The notes under the pieces are model-generated. The model worked only from the letters and a program-made list of their open reading frames with translations, was not told the DNA's origin and searched no databases. Source: Hyaloraphidium curvatum SAG 235-1 (Eukaryota; Fungi; Monoblepharomycota). From it: a DNA stretch of 64,000 nucleotides. The DNA lies in the NCBI GenBank assembly GCA_025558095.1, contig JAIVFI010000032.1:372001-436000 (forward strand), in the 5' to 3' direction. A program made the position numbers and the translations under genes. Every line of letters begins with the position of its first letter. The stretch's first letter is position 1. Of this stretch, positions 58,011 through 64,000 are shown piece by piece.

Positions 58011-59566
58011 ATGTCGCCGAGGCAGTTCACGGCGCTGGAGTTCGCGGCGGTGCTGCCGGGGTTCACCGCTGCCGAGGAGGAGCGCGGCATCCGCGGCGAG
58101 GGCGGGCTGGCGTTCGAGGCCGTCGAGGCCGCCGCGATGCACCGCTCCGACAGCTTCCACGGGGACGCCGACGGGCCCGCGGAGCTCCCGCTCGAGGCGC
58201 TGGCCGCCTTCCCGTCGCTGCAGCGCGCGACCGCGTTCGACCGCGCGCTGCACCGCAGGGTGTACGCGCGCGCCAAGGTGCCCGGGCTGCCGGCCATGCC
58301 GCTCGGCATCTTCCTCGCCGCCCTCTACGATGCCCTGTTCCTGCCCCTCCTGGCCTCGTCGTTCGCCCTCAACGACGGCACCTACACCGCCGCGCAGCTG
58401 GCAATCGGCTACGCCGCCACCGCCGGCGCCTGGATGTTCACAATGATCTTCTGGAGCGGCACCGTGCTCTACCACCCCGCCGCCCCAGCGGTCTACGCCA
58501 ACGCGCTGACCGGCGTCGCGGCGTGGAAAGAGCTGGCCGACGAGGGCACCTCGCCGCTCGTCGCGCACCAGGAGGGCGGACGGTGCCCGTGCCCCCGCCC
58601 CGCGTGCTCGGGCCGGCTCCCGCATGGGCCGGCGCCATCCGCATCCCCATGGTCGCCTGCATCATGTGCGGACTCTTCTTCGTGACCTACATCCTCGCGT
58701 GCTGGACCCCGCTCGTCGAGTTCGGCGCCCGCCTGTGGACCTCCCCCTGGGCCGCCCTCGCCACCTGCGCGCTGGTCGTCTGGTTCGGGCCGGGGTTCAG
58801 CATCACCATGATGATCAACCCCACCCACGCCCCGCTGATGGAGCTCTCGAACCGCGTGCAGGAGCGCGCCGTGGCGGTCGCCCTGGGCCGCTCCCTCGCG
58901 CGGTTCTCCTCGCGGCTCGAGGACCCGGCCTTCCGCGTGCCGCCCGAGGACAGGGAGGCCGACGTGGTGTTCCACGCCGTGCTCCATTCGCGCCTGGTCA
59001 GGCGGTGGCGCCGGGCCTCGGCCGACCTGCAGTCTTCCAGGGTCTACGCGGCCATGATGGTCGTCTCGTTCGTCTCGGGCGCCGTGGTCTCGGCCGCGGG
59101 GGGGAGCTGCATCCCCCTCTGGATCCTCTTTTCCATCCTGGCCGTGATGGCCTGGATCTTCCTGGACCTCGTGACGATCGCGACCTCCAACGAGGGGCCC
59201 GAGAGGATCGCGCGGAGGTACGTCGAGGCCGGCCTGAGGGCGCGGGAGATGGCGAGCAGGGCCGGGTGCAGGGAGATGGGGCAGCTGGCCGAGGAGCTCA
59301 AGGACTTCCACTGGATCGCGCAGAGCTACGCCGAGGTCGCGCGGACGACGAGGTGCGTTGCCGCTCGCGGGGGGGACGGCCGCCTGGAGCCGAGCTGACG
59401 GGCCGATCCCGACAGGGCCGGCCTGGTCGGGTACCCGATCACCTGGGGCGTCCTGCGCTCCTTTGCCGTGACCTTCCTCACCCTCGTCCTGGGCATGTTC
59501 ACGCTGCTGCGGTCGGCGGGGGTGGCGTTCGTCCCGGGGCAGTTCTGCCGCTCGCCTTCGTCCTAG
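58011..59566 (+). CDS. Uncharacterised 7-TM membrane protein, family copy 3 (one apparent frameshift)
   Basis: CPCPRPACSG, a frame change at ~58620, ATSNEGPERIARRY, an intron at ~59353-59415 and GYPITWGVLRSFAVTFLTLVLGMFTLLRSAGV. Confidence 0.65.
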
Positions 59567-59921
59567 CCGGTGCCGGTGTGCGCATGTCCTCGTGGAATGC
59601 AATTCCCGGACAGGATCGCCAGTATGCATTGCGTCTCCGTCCGACGCCGCGGGAATCCGGGAGGGCGGTACGCATTACCACCGCAGACGGTGTGTCCGCC
59701 ACAAAGCACGTGTCGCCGCGTTCGTTTTGCCCCCGGTCGAAGCCCACGCCGGGGGTTGTTCCATCCGTTGGCGGCGCTGCACGGATGCCGGCCGGGCGCT
59801 CGAAAGGACCCGAGCACAACCCCCCCCTTCCCCCCTCCCCGGGCCTCCAATCCCCTCCTTTTCCCCGCATCCGGATCCATTCAATCCCCGCGCCCCTTTC
59901 CCGGCCCCGTTCCGGCGCGCC

Positions 59922-61059
59922 ATGTCCTCCCCCGCCCCTGCCGACCGCGTCGCCACGCTCCGGGAGGAGGTGCTGGCGCTGCACTTCCTCCGCATCCAGC
60001 GGCGCCTCGATGCCGGGCAGCGGGTGAGCGAGGAGGACGAGAGGGAGGCGAGGGAGTATGCGCGGGGGATATGGAAGGGGAAGGACGGGGGAAGGGGTGC
60101 TGCGGGGAGGAAAAGGGACGCGGGCGATGAGGAAGATGGGGACGCGAGGAGGGCGGTCAGGGAGCTGAGGAGGGCGGCAAAGAGGGAGGAACCGGTGCTG
60201 GAGCTGCCTGCAGTGCCCGCCGCGCGCGGCAGGGCGCCCCCGACGCCCGCGAAGACGCCGGTCGGAAGCGGGGCGCCGCACGTACGCGTTCGGAGGGCGC
60301 TGCCGTCGCCGCCCCCGGCGACGGCGCGGCTGGGGAGGCCGTGCGCGTTCTGCACGTCCAAAAACGCGACGAGGAGGCGGTGGGACGGGCTCAAGTGCTG
60401 GTATGCTGCCCCCGATGCCGCCCGCATTCCTCCCGGGCCGAACCGGTTCCGCCTTCATCAGCGACAGGTGCTATGCCAAGCGATCGGCGGAGCGGAGGAA
60501 GGCCAGGCTCGCGGCCAAGTCCGTGGACGAGGGATCGGACGGGGAGGGGGACCGCAGGGAGGGGCGGAGCAGGCACTCGGTGCGGCTGCGGATCAAGGTC
60601 GAGGAGAGATCCGCGTCCGCGGTGCGTCATTCGATTGGCAATCTGGCCACGGCAGCTCACCCGCTCTCCGATGCACCGCTCCAGGCCACACCCAAGCCCC
60701 TGCTCGGCTTCCTCCCCACCCCCGACATCACCCCGCCCGCCCCGCGCGATTTCGCCGACGCCATGCGGGGGTTCGATCCCGCCGCGTTCGGGAGGCTGTT
60801 TCCCGTGGCGGGACCGCACGTGAGGCGCAACCGCCCCGCCGGGCCGGACGGCGGACCGAAGCTGGCGGAGCACGCCGAGTATCCCGAGGCGCCGATCGCG
60901 AGCGGGCCGAGGTCCGACGACGGGCTGGAGGAGGAGATGGAGATGGAGGACGCGGTGGAGGTCGTGCGCGGCAGTGCGATCGGGGCGGGGGTGGAGAACG
61001 AGGCGGAGGGGCTGGAGGAGGAGATGGAGAGCGCGGCGGAGAGCCAGGGCGGGAACTGA
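59922..61059 (+). CDS. Basic protein with GATA-like C4 zinc finger (2 exons)
   Basis: Splicing of GTATGC..CAG (~60400-60461) yields CAFCTSKNATRRRWDGLKCCDRCYAKR. NLS-like basic stretches and an acidic tail. Confidence 0.5.
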
Positions 61060-61472
61060 GGAGCGGGGCTGGGCCGGGGCCGGATCGGGGGGTTGCAGGT
61101 GACGTGGGGTTGGTCTTAAGCTGGAAGCGATGCCCAATATGATACCTTGCTCGATTTCGTTCCCGCTGGGGCGTCAGCGAGCCTAGAGACGGGGACTGGT
61201 ACGTCCGGTCGCGAATGAGTGCCGCGAAGCAGCGAAGCAGACACGTACACCGATTCCACCGCCCCGCTCGTATTCTCCCCCTCCGCCCGCCGACCGGGCG
61301 CGGCTCCCATTTAATTCATCCCGTGTCTATCCCCGGCACCCCACTCAGGCCGGATTCGGAGCCCATTTGGCCCTCTTTGCAGCCGAGATGCCGAACCGTT
61401 GCGCGGCCCCTCCAAGCCGCACGCGGCGATAGCGGCATTCGGCGCCCTCTCCGCACGGACAACGCACGAACA

Positions 61473-62807
61473 ATGGCCGACAAGGAGAAGCGCGGCGCGC
61501 GCGCGGGCTGCTTCGGGGCGGCGGCCGCGCTGCCGGGCCTGCCGCGGCCGCGCCGGGCTCTCCCGCTGCTCGCGCTCGCCGCGGTCGCCGCGCTGTTCCT
61601 TCTGAGACCGCTCGCCGGCTGGCTCTTTCCCGCGAACCGCGGCACGAAGGCCGGCCGCGCGCTGTGGGCGCGGGCGGCGCGCCGCATGGAGCGGGCGTGC
61701 TCCGCCGAGTACCCGCGGCTGCGCGCCCGCCTGCTCGCCGACCCGCGCTTCGAGCTCGCAAACGTGTCGGCTTTCTCGACGACCGCGCCGTCGGTGCGTT
61801 CCCTGCGCCCGGCTCCCGGGCCGCCGGCCGACTTCCCGTTCGCCGCGCAGGCATTCACCGGCGAGTTCCGCATGTGGACATACGCCGCGCGACATGGCCA
61901 CCACGACCACGTGTCGGTTGCCGCGCAGCGCGACGGCGTGTGGGAGAAGGACGCCTCGGACGCCGTCGTTGCGGCATTCGGCGTCTCCCCGCCGCTCGCC
62001 CTCGGCCGCAACATCGACCCGTTCCAGCACCCCGACATCGAGGACCCCGACGGCACCCCGCGCGCGCTGCTCGACGTGGGCTGCAACCTCGGCTGGTTCT
62101 CCCTGCTGCTCGCCTCGCGCGGCGTCCGCGCCATCTGCGTCGAGCCGATGCCCGCCAACGCCGCGCTCGCCACGGCCTCGGTGTGCGAGAACGGCCTGCA
62201 GGGTCGCGTGCACGTCATCGTGGCCGCCGTCTCGGACGTCGGGGGGGCGAGCTGCGCCATCGAGGCGGACCTGGCCAACGTCGGGGACGGAAAGCTCGTC
62301 TGCGGCCCCTCGGCGGGCGGCGGGACCCCCAGCCGGGAGCTGCCCCCGCTCGCGAACGTGCTGTTCCCCGCGCTCGCGCCCCCCGTGTTCCAGGCCGTCC
62401 CCGTGACCACCCTCTCCACCATCCTCCCGCCCCCCTCGTCGGTGTACCCGCGCGGGGTCCGCATCCGCGCCGCCAAGTTCGACGTCGAGGGGTTCGAGGA
62501 ACTCGCGCTGATGGGCTCCCCTTGGCAGCGCGACCCCGCCCAGCGGCCGCGGCTGGTGGTCGCCGAGGCCGACCCGGACCTGCTCGCGCGCGCGTCGCGG
62601 TTCGCTTCCCGCCAGAACGGGGAGTGCTGCTCCGCCGGTTCCCTCGCCGGCAGGCTCAAGGCGATGGGGTACGTACTGATGCGGACCAAGGACCACGGGG
62701 AGGACGGGCCGCGGTACAGGCCGCTGGGGGAGGGCGAGGTGGAGGGGTGGGGGCAGGGGAGGAACCTGTTTGCGGAGCTGAACGCGTCGGCGATACCCTG
62801 GCCGTGA
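61473..62807 (+). CDS. FkbM-family (Methyltransf_21) methyltransferase, type II membrane
   Basis: TM anchor, GVWE, LLDVGCNLGWFSL, VEPMPAN and AKFDVEGFE. Intronless. Confidence 0.85.
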   Translation: MADKEKRGARAGCFGAAAALPGLPRPRRALPLLALAAVAALFLLRPLAGWLFPANRGTKAGRALWARAARRMERACSAEYPRLRARLLADPRFELANVSAFSTTAPSVRSLRPAPGPPADFPFAAQAFTGEFRMWTYAARHGHHDHVSVAAQRDGVWEKDASDAVVAAFGVSPPLALGRNIDPFQHPDIEDPDGTPRALLDVGCNLGWFSLLLASRGVRAICVEPMPANAALATASVCENGLQGRVHVIVAAVSDVGGASCAIEADLANVGDGKLVCGPSAGGGTPSRELPPLANVLFPALAPPVFQAVPVTTLSTILPPPSSVYPRGVRIRAAKFDVEGFEELALMGSPWQRDPAQRPRLVVAEADPDLLARASRFASRQNGECCSAGSLAGRLKAMGYVLMRTKDHGEDGPRYRPLGEGEVEGWGQGRNLFAELNASAIPWP

Positions 62808-63484
62808 GCGCGGGGGGATGGGCGGGCGGGCCGGTGGTTGGGTGGATCGTGTGTGATGTCTATTGCACCTGGTCGGGCGGGTTGTGTGGAGTCACATGTG
62901 CCACGGTCCTCTCCCCCGGCGAGCCCGATCGGACCAACCAGCGTCTGGATCGGCAAGCCAGCATCACGATCGGTATTTGCCATGCCATGTTGCCGGTTCA
63001 GCGGTGTGCTCTCCCGATGCTGGGATGGTGCGGAGCAACCGCCGGCCTCCCCAGCCCGTGGACCCGTAACCCTGCGCCGGCCGTTCCCCCGGTCCTCCGG
63101 GCCTCCTTCCCCCCGCCAGCCCCGGAACACGTCCGCAAACACCCGCGCAACCGGCCTGCCCCCGGGCCCGGGCCGTCTCGCGGGGGTCTTCGTGGTGTTG
63201 CGCTCCGTCGCTTGGGGTCTCCGGCGCACCGCCGCGGCGCCCTTGCGCCGCGCTACCCTTTTCGGGCGAGCCGCTACAAAAGCAGCACCCCGACAGGACC
63301 GCCGGCAAACACACACCCGAAGGTGGGCATCGCGCCCGGCGGCCGCTCGGGGCGGCGGAGAGCAGCGATGGCCGGAAGCGCGGGCGATGCGCCGCGCGAC
63401 CCGCCGGCGACGCTCTCTTCCGCCACGCCCCGCAGCCATCGCTCCCGTTCGAGCACACGCTAACCCGCCCGAACCGCAGCAACG

Positions 63485-64000
63485 ATGTTCGCCCGCGCCG
63501 GCCTCGCCGCCGCCCTCGCCTCGGCGCTGCTCGCCACGGCGGCCGCCGACTACGCCTACCCCAACGTGCCCGGGGCCTTCCCCGGCTACGACCTCATCAT
63601 CAACGAGGAGTTCACCGGCCCGGCCCTCAACTCGTCCATCTGGACGCCCGACTGGGACTGCTCGGGGTGCGCTGCCCCGTCCGCCCCCCCTCCGGCCTGC
63701 CCCTGATCCGATCGGCCCTCTTCCAGATGGGGCAACGGCATGCGCGCCGCCTACACCTCGCACCCCAGCAACCTCTACATCAACGACAGCATGCTGCACC
63801 TCAACCCGATCTGCGGCCGGCTGCAGCCCAACAAGTCCATCTGCCAGCCCTTCACCGGGTATCCCGAGTGCGCGTGCGAGCCGACCAACGTCAACAACAT
63901 GGACGCGACGTCTGCGCAGATCACCTCGAGGCACAAGTTCGCGTTCAACAAGGGCAAGTTCCGCGTGAGGGCAAAGATGAGCACGGGGTTCTACACCTGG
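63485..64000 (+). CDS. Secreted GH16 glycoside hydrolase (laminarinase-like), truncated by window end
   Basis: Signal peptide, YDLIINEEFTGPALNSSIW, intron, WGNG..Y and SAQITSRHKFAFNKGKFRVRAKM..G..W. The catalytic ExDxxE lies beyond the window. Confidence 0.75.

Overview
A GC-rich, gene-dense eukaryotic window with about 35 genes, short (~45-130 nt) GT-AG introns, frequent GTGGG/GTGCG/GTGAG donors and CTGAC-type branch points. Style and gene content suggest an early-diverging fungus, possibly Monoblepharidomycota such as Hyaloraphidium or Gonapodya; this is an inference. Housekeeping-type genes include a BCS1-like AAA ATPase, WDR33/Pfs2, METTL25-like, an aldo-keto reductase, a GMC oxidoreductase, FAM72 and CCDC113-like. 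Several enzymes look bacterial in origin (Tmm/mFMO-type monooxygenase, SDR, PhyH dioxygenases, a PL1 domain), and many proteins are secreted or Golgi-type. The strongest leads are: (1) a DNA polymerase delta-like B-family polymerase with intact polymerase motifs but degenerate 3'-5' exonuclease motifs; (2) a single-ORF fusion of a GAUT/GT8-like glycosyltransferase with a catalytically intact Bacillus-type pectate lyase; (3) three dispersed paralogs of an unannotated 7-TM family whose architecture resembles insect OR/GR-type ion channels; (4) a divergent pair of secreted ALK/LTK-like glycine-rich proteins; (5) an apparent insertion junction where an intronless SDR overlaps a truncated secreted-protein gene. 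No tRNA, rRNA, CRISPR array or transposase was recognised. Exon boundaries were read by eye and family calls come from recalled motifs, not database searches.
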